From the IMG/VR virus record IMGVR_UViG_3300020043_003222, positions 1-37,425 of that record: a DNA stretch of 37,425 nt, one strand, 5' to 3'. This document shows, one piece after another, positions 18,321 to 25,770 of the stretch. The position numbers were made by a program, and so were the translations under genes. The first letter of the stretch is position 1. Every line of letters starts with the position of its first letter. The stretch is from a virus (taxonomy: Duplodnaviria > Caudoviricetes). Below the pieces are notes generated by a model. It ran no database searches. It saw only the letters and a program-made list of their open reading frames with translations, and was not told the DNA's origin.

Positions 18321-18517
18321 CCACACTGCACGAAACCAAGGAATCATACCGCATCACATTCAAAGGACTCCTGTCCCTCTATCTGCCAGAGAAGAAAATG
18401 ACTGAAGTCTACAACGCAATCGAACTGTCCTGCCGACGTAACGGCTGGGGTATTGCAATCGACGAGAACAACCGATTGAACTTCGTTCCGATGGTGCAAG
18501 TGGAGGATGCGAAATGA
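18317..18517 (+). CDS. Hypothetical protein
   Basis: AAGGAGG SD with ATGA overlap. Confidence 0.65.
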   Translation: MTTLHETKESYRITFKGLLSLYLPEKKMTEVYNAIELSCRRNGWGIAIDENNRLNFVPMVQVEDAK

Positions 18518-18861
18518 CCCGCGAACAAACAATCGAAGCCATCCGAGTCATGCAGGCGTATGTGGATGGGAAGGAAGTGCAGTTTCGTGTCGACGACGGA
18601 TGGAAAGGAACATTTATTCCATTATGGCAGTGGCATACCGAAGACTACCGCATCAAACCCACCGCAACGCTCCGCCCGTGGACTGCGGATGAGGTTCCGC
18701 TGGGGATGCAGGCGAGGAATCGTGAACACCCAAAAACACGATGGTTGATTGACCGCACATCCAGCGAAGAAAACAGAATAGACTGGTGCAAAAACTACGA
18801 ATACAGCATCGACGGCGGTAAAACGTGGCTCCCGTGTGGAGTCGTGGAGGTTGCGAAATGA
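18514..18861 (+). CDS. Hypothetical protein
   Basis: SD+ATGA; VMQAYVDGKEVQ...W.W...YRIKP motif seen in small phage proteins. Confidence 0.7.
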   Translation: MTREQTIEAIRVMQAYVDGKEVQFRVDDGWKGTFIPLWQWHTEDYRIKPTATLRPWTADEVPLGMQARNREHPKTRWLIDRTSSEENRIDWCKNYEYSIDGGKTWLPCGVVEVAK

Positions 18862-19199
18862 ACGATCATATTCCTGACCCCACGAAAATGATCAACGACA
18901 CCCCGAGAACGGATGAAGCGCAGTTTGGAACTGGACGGGTCAGTGTCAACTTCGCTTGCCAGTTAGAACGCGAACTCAACGCCGCCAATGTGGAGATTGA
19001 GGAGAAGCGCAAGGATGTCGTCTGGCTTGCGACTGAAAAGGCCAAGTTAGAGGAGCGCATCAAGCGGCTGGAGGAGGCGTTGGGATGTGTAGTAGTGAGC
19101 TGCAATCATCTGCACCACCGAAAGAAGCATCAGCACAAATTGGGTGAACCGTGTCCAGTTGAGGGGTTAATCCGCAAAGCCAAGGAGGCCAAGCCGTGA
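18858..19199 (+). CDS. Hypothetical coiled-coil protein (DTPRTD / LERELNAAN modules)
   Basis: SD+ATGA; His/Cys-rich C-terminus. Confidence 0.65.
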   Translation: MNDHIPDPTKMINDTPRTDEAQFGTGRVSVNFACQLERELNAANVEIEEKRKDVVWLATEKAKLEERIKRLEEALGCVVVSCNHLHHRKKHQHKLGEPCPVEGLIRKAKEAKP

Positions 19200-19387
19200 G
19201 TCTCGAAGAACAACTACGAAATGACGCTCAGTCACTTCGAGAAGTGGGATGGTTCAACCGCGCAATAATGATGGACGCAGCAGCTAACGAGATTAAGAAA
19301 TTGAACGACCGCATCACTCAACTAGAGCGTGAGAACGACGCTCTCCGCGCCGATCTGCTGCTGTGGAACGAGAAGGAGTGCAAATGA
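19196..19387 (+). CDS. Hypothetical coiled-coil protein
   Basis: AAGGAGG SD with GTGA overlap. Confidence 0.65.
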   Translation: MSLEEQLRNDAQSLREVGWFNRAIMMDAAANEIKKLNDRITQLERENDALRADLLLWNEKECK

Positions 19388-19632
19388 GCGACTACACAAT
19401 ACCAACGTCGAATACGATGACTACAATCGACCCACATGCCACAAAGATCCGCGAGCTTCAATCCGATGTGAACGAGCTGAAGGAACTGGTTGAGTACCTG
19501 CAAGATCGGATCAAGTTGATGAAGAGTACTGGCGACGAGCTGCTTGAGTGGCTGAAGGACGGCACCATTTCCGACTCAAACTATCGTCTGCTGGCCAATG
19601 CATGGCAGCGAGCAAAGGAGAACAAGCCATGA
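19384..19632 (+). CDS. Hypothetical coiled-coil protein
   Basis: AAGGAG SD with ATGA overlap. Confidence 0.65.
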   Translation: MSDYTIPTSNTMTTIDPHATKIRELQSDVNELKELVEYLQDRIKLMKSTGDELLEWLKDGTISDSNYRLLANAWQRAKENKP

Positions 19633-19835
19633 GTGAATCCGAAAAGACAATTCAAGAGCAATGCTACGGCACTTGTTGGGGCGCACAGCAACGGATTGAC
19701 GAGCTAACCCAGCAGCTCAACGCAGCAAACGAGCGAATCAAGCGGTTGGAGAGCGTAGAAAACATCCATGCCGCTGTTCTAAATGCCATCGACAACTGGA
19801 TTCAGCAGCGCATAGCCAAGGAGGCCAATCTGTGA
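19629..19835 (+). CDS. Hypothetical coiled-coil protein
   Basis: AAGGAG SD with ATGA overlap; LNAANERIKRLE module. Confidence 0.65.
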   Translation: MSESEKTIQEQCYGTCWGAQQRIDELTQQLNAANERIKRLESVENIHAAVLNAIDNWIQQRIAKEANL

Positions 19836-20056
19836 GAACCCTACCCGACAGCTTTTGTGTCGCGTTCGTCTACCGGCACAAGATGACCAGCGAGGTGCTT
19901 GTAGTAGACATCGACCGCGCGCGTGAACTCGACGCAGCCAGACCATACTGGCAGCACGTTTCAACGGTTGATCCTATCATCATCCTGCAACTCATCGTCA
20001 AAGCGAAGGGACGAGCGCGGACCAAGATTATCAAAGAACTAAGCGAGAAACCATGA
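19832..20056 (+). CDS. Hypothetical protein
   Basis: AAGGAGG SD with GTGA overlap. Confidence 0.65.
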   Translation: MRTLPDSFCVAFVYRHKMTSEVLVVDIDRARELDAARPYWQHVSTVDPIIILQLIVKAKGRARTKIIKELSEKP

Positions 20057-20334
20057 GCGATACCCCACGCACCGATGCCTACGTCGAATTCTGGCTAAAG
20101 GATCGCCTCGCGCTCTGGCCAGACTTCGCTCGAAACCTGGAGCGTGAAATCAACCAACTGAAAAATGAGTACGCTAGCAAGATTCGGATTGACCAAGGAG
20201 GCAATGGAGCGGATGGTCGGGATCGTCAAGCCGTTCAAAGACCCGAACCCTCGGATCGAGAGACGGTGGCTGGCGATCCCCGACGAGATCAAGACCGCCA
20301 TCCTCAAGGAGCATCACAGCTACACGCTTCGTGA
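20053..20334 (+). CDS. Hypothetical protein (DTPRTD module); 3' half overlaps the next gene
   Basis: ATGA coupling; N-terminal similarity to the 18858 ORF. Confidence 0.55.
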   Translation: MSDTPRTDAYVEFWLKDRLALWPDFARNLEREINQLKNEYASKIRIDQGGNGADGRDRQAVQRPEPSDRETVAGDPRRDQDRHPQGASQLHAS

Positions 20335-20422
20335 GTTGGCCAACAAATATAAGATCTCAATCTCATGCGTATGGTACATCCGCAAGAACAGCCAAACCAA
20401 AACCAAAACAAAGAAACGATAG
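20165..20422 (+). CDS. Small HTH DNA-binding protein
   Basis: YTLRELANKYKISISCVWYIRK. Confidence 0.6.
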   Translation: MSTLARFGLTKEAMERMVGIVKPFKDPNPRIERRWLAIPDEIKTAILKEHHSYTLRELANKYKISISCVWYIRKNSQTKTKTKKR

Positions 20423-20562
20423 AGGAACTACAACGATGGAAACAGTTATGTCACGAGTTAGCAGACTGCTTGGGCTGCGGCTGCACGGTTCAAACCGGAC
20501 TGTGCATGCAGTGCCACAAAGCGAAGACACGTTACCGAGCAATCCAGATCCCGCTCCGGTAA
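20371..20562 (+). CDS. Small Cys-rich (zinc-binding-like) protein
   Basis: C-L-G-C-G-C...CMQC; start uncertain (20365 or 20371). Confidence 0.45.
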   Translation: MVHPQEQPNQNQNKETIEELQRWKQLCHELADCLGCGCTVQTGLCMQCHKAKTRYRAIQIPLR

Positions 20563-20597
20563 TCCCAGCACCCACAAAGAAGAAACGTACACCCAGA

Positions 20598-20969
20598 GTG
20601 AAACTCACAGAATCAATCGAGAAGGTCACAGAACTCCGTAAGCAAGGTCTCACCTACCAAGTCATCGGAGATACACTCAAGATGTCCAAGCAGCGCGTCC
20701 ATCAGGTGATGACGGCCCACAAGAGGATTGAGGCATCCAAGGACCTGTGGACCTACGGTCTCAGTGTTCGCAACGCCAAGCTGATGATCCAGCTCAAGGT
20801 GAACAACCAAGTGACACTCATCACCATGATCAAGTCCGGGGACATCCGACCGTTCAAGTACAAGAACTTCGGGCTGCGATCATACCACGATCTCTGCGCG
20901 TGGGTCGGGGTTACTCCTATCGAGTTCCGTAAAATCAAAACCTGTCCGCACTGCAACAAGCTAATATGA
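20598..20969 (+). CDS. HTH protein fused to an RNA polymerase alpha-CTD-like domain
   Basis: LRKQGLTYQVIGDTLKMSKQRVHQV (sigma-region-4-like HTH); LSVRNAKLM...KNFGLRSYHDL; terminal CPHC; start uncertain (frame open from 20331). Confidence 0.6.
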   Translation: MKLTESIEKVTELRKQGLTYQVIGDTLKMSKQRVHQVMTAHKRIEASKDLWTYGLSVRNAKLMIQLKVNNQVTLITMIKSGDIRPFKYKNFGLRSYHDLCAWVGVTPIEFRKIKTCPHCNKLI

Positions 20970-21226
20970 GCAGGCACTCGTTTCCATTGGTGGAATCGAT
21001 CAAGGTGGTCCGTCTCTCCGAGGGGCGGACCATCCGCGTTTTAAGGGATCGAACCAAAGACAACCTCAAGGTCATCCACGGTGATGGAGACATCCACCTC
21101 ACCTGCGTCACTCATGCCGACGATCCCATCGAGATGGTCAAGACACTGGCCCGCCTCGAAGACGTTCGGTCAGTAGAACTCATCGATGCCAAGGGAAACG
21201 GCATCATAATCCACAAACAAAAGTAA
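20966..21226 (+). CDS. Hypothetical protein
   Basis: ATGA-coupled 86-aa ORF. Confidence 0.65.
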   Translation: MSRHSFPLVESIKVVRLSEGRTIRVLRDRTKDNLKVIHGDGDIHLTCVTHADDPIEMVKTLARLEDVRSVELIDAKGNGIIIHKQK

Positions 21227-21228
21227 CC

Positions 21229-21474
21229 ATGCACAAGTCCTCAACACACGATCTAGTCAACGCACTCAACATCCTCTCATCCGAAATCTGCTCGCCCGAT
21301 GGGGCCGCAAACGCAGTCTGCGCGGAAGCATCAGCCCGCATCCTAGAGCTGGTCACACTCACGAAGGATCTAACAGCACACATCATTTCAAACCCCGTGC
21401 ATCACCCCAAGTGTAATGCAAAGACCAAGGGTTCATATTGCAACTGCATGTTGGCCAAGATCTCATCACCATGA
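21229..21474 (+). CDS. Hypothetical protein with HHxxC...CxC motif
   Basis: HHPKC...YCNC; tight packing. Confidence 0.65.
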   Translation: MHKSSTHDLVNALNILSSEICSPDGAANAVCAEASARILELVTLTKDLTAHIISNPVHHPKCNAKTKGSYCNCMLAKISSP

Positions 21475-21722
21475 AAACACCGCGCCATGAACAGCCTTGG
21501 TACGAGGCTCGATTGGAGAACAACAAGAAGCCATCGAAGATCACCGAGGAAGAACGAACCATACTCACCGAGGAGAACCGCCGACTCATGGAGGAAGCAG
21601 CAAGCATCATCTCGTGGGGAGTCGCCAACGGTTGGATCGCTTACCCGCTCAAGGAACAACGCAAATGGAAAATGGAAATCAAGAATCCCGACAGTTCGTC
21701 AATCGATCAAATCCTAGAGTGA
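21471..21722 (+). CDS. Hypothetical protein
   Basis: ATGA coupling at 21471. Confidence 0.55.
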   Translation: MKTPRHEQPWYEARLENNKKPSKITEEERTILTEENRRLMEEAASIISWGVANGWIAYPLKEQRKWKMEIKNPDSSSIDQILE

Positions 21723-21865
21723 TCGTCGAACTCATCGGTGAAGCCCAGCTACGCCTCGCAGAAATCAAACAACCGGTTGTCGTCTACAGCCGAGGTGACA
21801 ACATCTACGTCCGACTCAGCATCGAGTTCCACGCCAAATTCAAACCCTATGATCAAGAAAACTAA
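21665..21865 (+). CDS. DUF1653-like small protein
   Basis: VVVYSRGDNIYVR...EF..KF pattern. Confidence 0.5.
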   Translation: MENGNQESRQFVNRSNPRVIVELIGEAQLRLAEIKQPVVVYSRGDNIYVRLSIEFHAKFKPYDQEN

Positions 21866-22007
21866 GGCCGGTTACAAAGTCGAATCCAAGACCCATAAGA
21901 AGAACATGGGCACCTATCCCACCAAGACCGCCGCCATCAAGCGCATGATGGAAGTGGAGATGTTCAAGGCAATGGACAAGGCCGGAACACTCCGAAAGAA
22001 GAAGTAG
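21849..22007 (+). CDS. Small basic hypothetical protein
   Basis: MIKKTKAGYKVES..KKNMGTYPTKTAAIKRM.EVE.FK pattern seen in phage proteins. Confidence 0.6.
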   Translation: MIKKTKAGYKVESKTHKKNMGTYPTKTAAIKRMMEVEMFKAMDKAGTLRKKK

Positions 22008-22041
22008 ATCCGCAGTCCGAAACCAGCAACGAATCAACGAC

Positions 22042-23820
22042 ATGACAACGCTCGAACGAGCGGCTCTTTGGCTTGCCAAGGTACCGCCAGCAATCTCCGG
22101 GTCCGGTGGCCATAACACCACCTACACCGCCGCCGTGGGCCTCGTACACGGCTTCCAGCTAGGCTACGGGGACGCAATGACCCTGCTCGCTGAATGGAAC
22201 CTATCCTGCCAGCCTCCGTGGTCCGACAAGGATCTGGCCTACAAACTCCGCGAGGCCTCATCTCGGAACCACGATAAACCAGCGGGCCACTTGATCCAGA
22301 GTACCGTGGGCATGGGCATGGGCATGGACCTCTCGCGTGTAACCTTCAAGCGACCCACTCCAACCACCACCCCTGGTGCTTCCGAGTTCAGCCGATTCCT
22401 CTCATCCGCATTCGCCGCCACCGAAGTGGTCTGCATCTGCGAACAGGTCGAGGAGGGTAGGCCACTAACCTCAGGATCGTTCCTGCCGGTCGAGGATTGG
22501 ATCAAGCGATTCGATTCGCCCGACTCCATCCTGTTCCGCCCCGACCGCGCCGAAGGAGTCTACGTCCGCATCAACCCGTTCAAGCCCAACCTCTACAGCG
22601 GCTCCGACAACGATGTCAGCGCATACCGCCATGTCCTCGTCGAGTTCGATGACAAGCCCAAGCCCGAGCAGGAGAAGCTCCTCCGCGACTCAGGTCTACC
22701 CATCAGCGTTCTCATCGACTCCGGGGGCAAGAGTATCCACGGCTGGGTCCGGGTGGATGCTCCCTCCCGCAAAGAGTGGGATGCCCGCCGCGACCTCATC
22801 TACTCCGCCATCCCCGGAATCGATCCCAAGAACAAGAACCCATCAAGGTTCTCCCGGCTCCCCGGCGCATGGAGGGGCGAATCACAGCAGAAGTTGTTGG
22901 CCACTAACTTGGGCGCAAACTCGTGGGAGGATTGGCTCACCGCCCGCGAGACCGATGAGGACCAGTCCACCATCGTCACGGTCAAAGACCTCATGGACTT
23001 TGATCCTGAGAAAGATCCAGACAACCTCATCGGCAATCGATGGATCACTCGCGGCTCCTCCATGATCATCAGCGGTGGAACCGGCATCGGGAAGTCATCA
23101 CTGATGATGCAGATCATCGTCCGGTGGTCCCTCGGTCTCGACTTCTTCGGCATCAAGCCGGTGAAGCCACTGAAGATCGGAGTCGTCCAGGCAGAGAACG
23201 ATCGTGGCGATCTCGCAGAAGCGTTCCGAGGGGTGATCCATAGACGGTTCAACCTCGATCAGATGAACCAGCTCCAGAAGAACCTAGAGTTCCGCACCGA
23301 GACCATACGAACCGGTGAAGCGTTCTTGGCCTACGCCCGCCGATTCATTCACAAGTCCAAGCTGGATCTCATCGTCGCAGACCCCCTGTTCTCCTACTTC
23401 GGTGGAGACCTGAGCGATCAGTCCGAGGTCAGCGTGTTCCTCCGTAACAAGCTCCAACCCATCCTCCATGAGACCAAGGTCGCATGGGTCTGGATGCACC
23501 ATGTCTCCAAGCCTCAGCGTAAGGAAGGCGGAGAGCCGCTCACCACTATGGAGCTGGCCCACTCAGGATTCGGATCGTCCGAGCTTGCCAACTGGGCGCG
23601 GGAGATAGCGGTTCTCCATGAAGTAGGCCAGTCCAAGCCTAGAAGGTTCCAGTTAGCCTTCTGCAAGCGGGGAGGGAGGATCGGACTCCCATCACCCATT
23701 CTGAATCTTCAACACTCAGCCACCGGCATTCAGTGGGAGGAATGCAACACCCTCGCGTTCACTGGGGCGGAACTGAAGGAGAAGAAGCCGTATCGCCCTC
23801 AGCGAGGGCGGCGCGCATAG
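22042..23820 (+). CDS. Primase-helicase (PriCT-like + RepB'/AEP-type primase + RecA-like AAA_25 helicase)
   Basis: WNLSCQPPWS; VYVRINP, VLVEFD, IDSGGKSIHGW, NPSRFSRLPG; Walker A GGTGIGKS, QAEND, IVADP, MHH, GSS. Confidence 0.85.
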   Translation: MTTLERAALWLAKVPPAISGSGGHNTTYTAAVGLVHGFQLGYGDAMTLLAEWNLSCQPPWSDKDLAYKLREASSRNHDKPAGHLIQSTVGMGMGMDLSRVTFKRPTPTTTPGASEFSRFLSSAFAATEVVCICEQVEEGRPLTSGSFLPVEDWIKRFDSPDSILFRPDRAEGVYVRINPFKPNLYSGSDNDVSAYRHVLVEFDDKPKPEQEKLLRDSGLPISVLIDSGGKSIHGWVRVDAPSRKEWDARRDLIYSAIPGIDPKNKNPSRFSRLPGAWRGESQQKLLATNLGANSWEDWLTARETDEDQSTIVTVKDLMDFDPEKDPDNLIGNRWITRGSSMIISGGTGIGKSSLMMQIIVRWSLGLDFFGIKPVKPLKIGVVQAENDRGDLAEAFRGVIHRRFNLDQMNQLQKNLEFRTETIRTGEAFLAYARRFIHKSKLDLIVADPLFSYFGGDLSDQSEVSVFLRNKLQPILHETKVAWVWMHHVSKPQRKEGGEPLTTMELAHSGFGSSELANWAREIAVLHEVGQSKPRRFQLAFCKRGGRIGLPSPILNLQHSATGIQWEECNTLAFTGAELKEKKPYRPQRGRRA

Positions 23821-24298
23821 CCTTAAACCAGTCCTCTCCATCAGCCGCTTTCTCTTCGGGGGGAGCGGCTTGTTGCTGTTGGGGATCGGGATCGGGATCG
23901 GATTCCATGGACTCCTCTTCCTCCTCCTCGCGCTTGCGCGATCGCTTACGCTCCAGTTGGCCAATCACTCGGCCATGCTTACGGACCTCAGACTTCAGCG
24001 CGAACAACTCACGCTTCATCTCGTTGATCGTGCGAGTCAGAAACGTGATCTGGTCGCCATCCTCCGGAGGCACCCAGTCGCACCCACGCCATTGCCTATG
24101 AATCATGTCATATACAAGTACCTGGGACTTCTTGTTTCGCATCGAGTTGAATGCGCGTATTGCACGGCCAATATCACAATGAAGGTTGTCCTTTATGTAG
24201 GTGATAATTTCCGATCGAGTGGGATCGATGTCGTGGCGTTGCGGGGGCGTCAGTCGGAACATCGACCGAAGCGTGGAACCATTGTCGAGATAACTCAT
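23759..24298 (-). CDS. Hypothetical protein with coiled coil and acidic tail
   Basis: Has its own promoter; converges on and overlaps the primase-helicase by 62 bp. Confidence 0.7.
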   Translation of the reverse strand: MSYLDNGSTLRSMFRLTPPQRHDIDPTRSEIITYIKDNLHCDIGRAIRAFNSMRNKKSQVLVYDMIHRQWRGCDWVPPEDGDQITFLTRTINEMKRELFALKSEVRKHGRVIGQLERKRSRKREEEEEESMESDPDPDPQQQQAAPPEEKAADGEDWFKAMRAALAEGDTASSPSVPPQ

Positions 24299-24307
24299 GG
24301 TGGAAAC

Positions 24308-24336
24308 ACGGTAGATTCCACTCGGAATCATGTCAA
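24308..24336 (-). promoter_or_regulatory. sigma70-type promoter with palindromic spacer
   Basis: Minus strand: TTGACA, 17 bp (contains GATTCC-gagt-GGAATC), TACCGT; ATG 10 nt downstream. Confidence 0.7.
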
Positions 24337-24393
24337 GATAACTCGCAATAAATTAACCCAAGCATCCCCAGAAGTTCCCATGGCCACTACTAC

Positions 24394-24501
24394 CTCCCTA
24401 GAGGGAGTCTTGTCACTCCCTCTTCTAGGGAGTTAAAAACCGCTTACGCCGCAACGCTTTTCGGGGGCTCTGACGGCCCCCACGCTGCGGCTGCGGTTTT
24501 T
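24394..24501. other. Nested inverted-repeat cluster, candidate replication origin
   Basis: CTCCCT/AGGGAG double palindrome (24394-24433) and a long imperfect hairpin AAAAACCGC...GCGGTTTTT (24435-24501) in non-coding DNA. Confidence 0.5.
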
Positions 24502-24638
24502 CAGGACCCCCACTGATTGCGAAGTATTGGGTTGGATGGAGGATGGAGGATGGCGATTGCTGGAGCTGGAAGGGGGCTATGAGCGCGTTTGATTGCGAAA
24601 TGGACTGTGTATCCGGTTCGGGGGTATCGACCGCTTAG

Positions 24639-24668
24639 AAACGAAAATCCCCGGATGGGGGTCCGGGG
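24639..24668 (-). terminator. Putative intrinsic terminator after the methyltransferase
   Basis: CCCCGGA/TCCGGGG stem followed on the minus strand by ATTTTCGTTT. Confidence 0.55.
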
Positions 24669-24709
24669 GTGCTTGGGAGGGGGATGAGGGGATGGGGGGG
24701 TTGATTGGC

Positions 24710-25477
24710 CTACTTGGAAGTTACTTCTCGGAGCAGGGTTCGGAAGGCGAGAGCGGAGGTCTGGGGAACGACTCCGTTTCCGAGTAGGCGCAGTCGGTCC
24801 ACCCGATTGGTAATCCCATCATCGATTCTACAAATAGTGGGTTCAATGGACCAGCTTGTGATATTACTCCAGTCCTCAGCTCTCCCCGCCGCGCCATCGC
24901 TTCCAGCGTCTTGGATTGCTGGCTTGAGCCATTCAAGCGGAAGCTGTCCTCGTTCGCACAGGGTGTCGGTAGCAACGATGAACACTCGGTTCCTGCGATG
25001 CGGCGCACCGCATTCCTCCGCGCTGAATATTCCCCACGCTGCCTCGTAACCCAGCTCTTCCAGATCGCTGATGACGCTGGAGAGTCCCATCGTGATGTGG
25101 CCCTCGACGTTTTCGAGGAAGACAATCGCAGGTCGAACTGACTCAATCCCTCGCCTGATGTGGGGCCAGAGATGCCGCTCGTCGCTGTCTCCCTTGCGGA
25201 GTCCCGCATGGCTGAAGGGCTGGCACGGATATCCCGCACTGAGGATATCCACGCTGCCGTGAAGAAGATGCCACGGGAAATCCCGTACATCAGTCCAGAT
25301 CGGAGCCGGATCAAGCGACCCATCTTCCATTCGCGCAAGTAACACCTCGACCGCGAACGCGTCGATCTCCGCATAAGCAAGAGTTCGCATGCCTCGGATA
25401 ACCCGATTGAGTCCAAGGTCGATGCCGCCGTATCCGGTGCAGAGGCTAAGGTGCGTAACTGTTTTGGTACTATCCAT
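24710..25477 (-). CDS. DNA (cytosine-5)-methyltransferase, main (alpha-like) polypeptide
   Basis: SLCTGYGG (I), AEID, GYPCQPFS (IV), LENV (VI), PHRRNRVF (VIII), LLGNGV (X). Confidence 0.93.
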   Translation of the reverse strand: MDSTKTVTHLSLCTGYGGIDLGLNRVIRGMRTLAYAEIDAFAVEVLLARMEDGSLDPAPIWTDVRDFPWHLLHGSVDILSAGYPCQPFSHAGLRKGDSDERHLWPHIRRGIESVRPAIVFLENVEGHITMGLSSVISDLEELGYEAAWGIFSAEECGAPHRRNRVFIVATDTLCERGQLPLEWLKPAIQDAGSDGAAGRAEDWSNITSWSIEPTICRIDDGITNRVDRLRLLGNGVVPQTSALAFRTLLREVTSK

Positions 25478-25485
25478 GATCCCAT
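24721..25485 (-). CDS. Alternate-frame ORF within the MTase, putative beta-like subunit carrying motif IX
   Basis: 254 codons open in a second frame on the same strand; LPTP and LNPLFVESMMGLPIGWT (24796-24846); true start uncertain. Confidence 0.6.
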   Translation of the reverse strand: MGSWIVPKQLRTLASAPDTAASTLDSIGLSEACELLLMRRSTRSRSRCYLREWKMGRLIRLRSGLMYGISRGIFFTAAWISSVRDIRASPSAMRDSARETATSGISGPTSGEGLSQFDLRLSSSKTSRATSRWDSPASSAIWKSWVTRQRGEYSARRNAVRRIAGTECSSLLPTPCANEDSFRLNGSSQQSKTLEAMARRGELRTGVISQAGPLNPLFVESMMGLPIGWTDCAYSETESFPRPPLSPSEPCSEK

Positions 25486-25511
25486 GATGGTTCGGTGTTC
25501 GGTTGATTGGC

Positions 25512-25715
25512 CTACTCCTCCCCAAGGAAGAAGTCCTCCTCACGCTCGTTCATGGTCACGCCATCAGCCCATGTCAGTCCGGTCATCGATTCGTTGTAGT
25601 CGAAACGGATCAGGAACTCCCCAATCTTCGGAGCATGGATCACCCGATACCCCTCGTTCTTCCAATGCACCGTCTTGCCAGCCAGCACCGCGTCCTTGAT
25701 CTCTTGTAGTTTCAT
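25512..25715 (-). CDS. Hypothetical protein
   Basis: MKLQEIKDAVLAGKTVHWKNEGYRV; A/C-rich leader and upstream promoter. Confidence 0.7.
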   Translation of the reverse strand: MKLQEIKDAVLAGKTVHWKNEGYRVIHAPKIGEFLIRFDYNESMTGLTWADGVTMNEREEDFFLGEE

Positions 25716-25740
25716 GGTCGTTGTTCGTTGTTCGGAGGCC

Positions 25741-25770
25741 AACCTACCGCACCATCTCCATCGTGGTCAA
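25741..25770 (-). promoter_or_regulatory. Putative sigma70-type promoter
   Basis: Minus strand: TTGACC, 18 bp, TAGGTT. Confidence 0.5.

Noticed and set aside
23882-23902. GGGATC hexamer repeat (also GGCATG x3 near 22308)
   Set aside because: In-frame low-complexity linkers (DPDPDP, GMGMGM); a unit of 6 bp cannot cause phase variation
23939-23946. GCGATCGC (HIP1) suggesting a cyanobacterial host
   Set aside because: Only an isolated copy was noticed; no visible enrichment and no cyanophage marker genes
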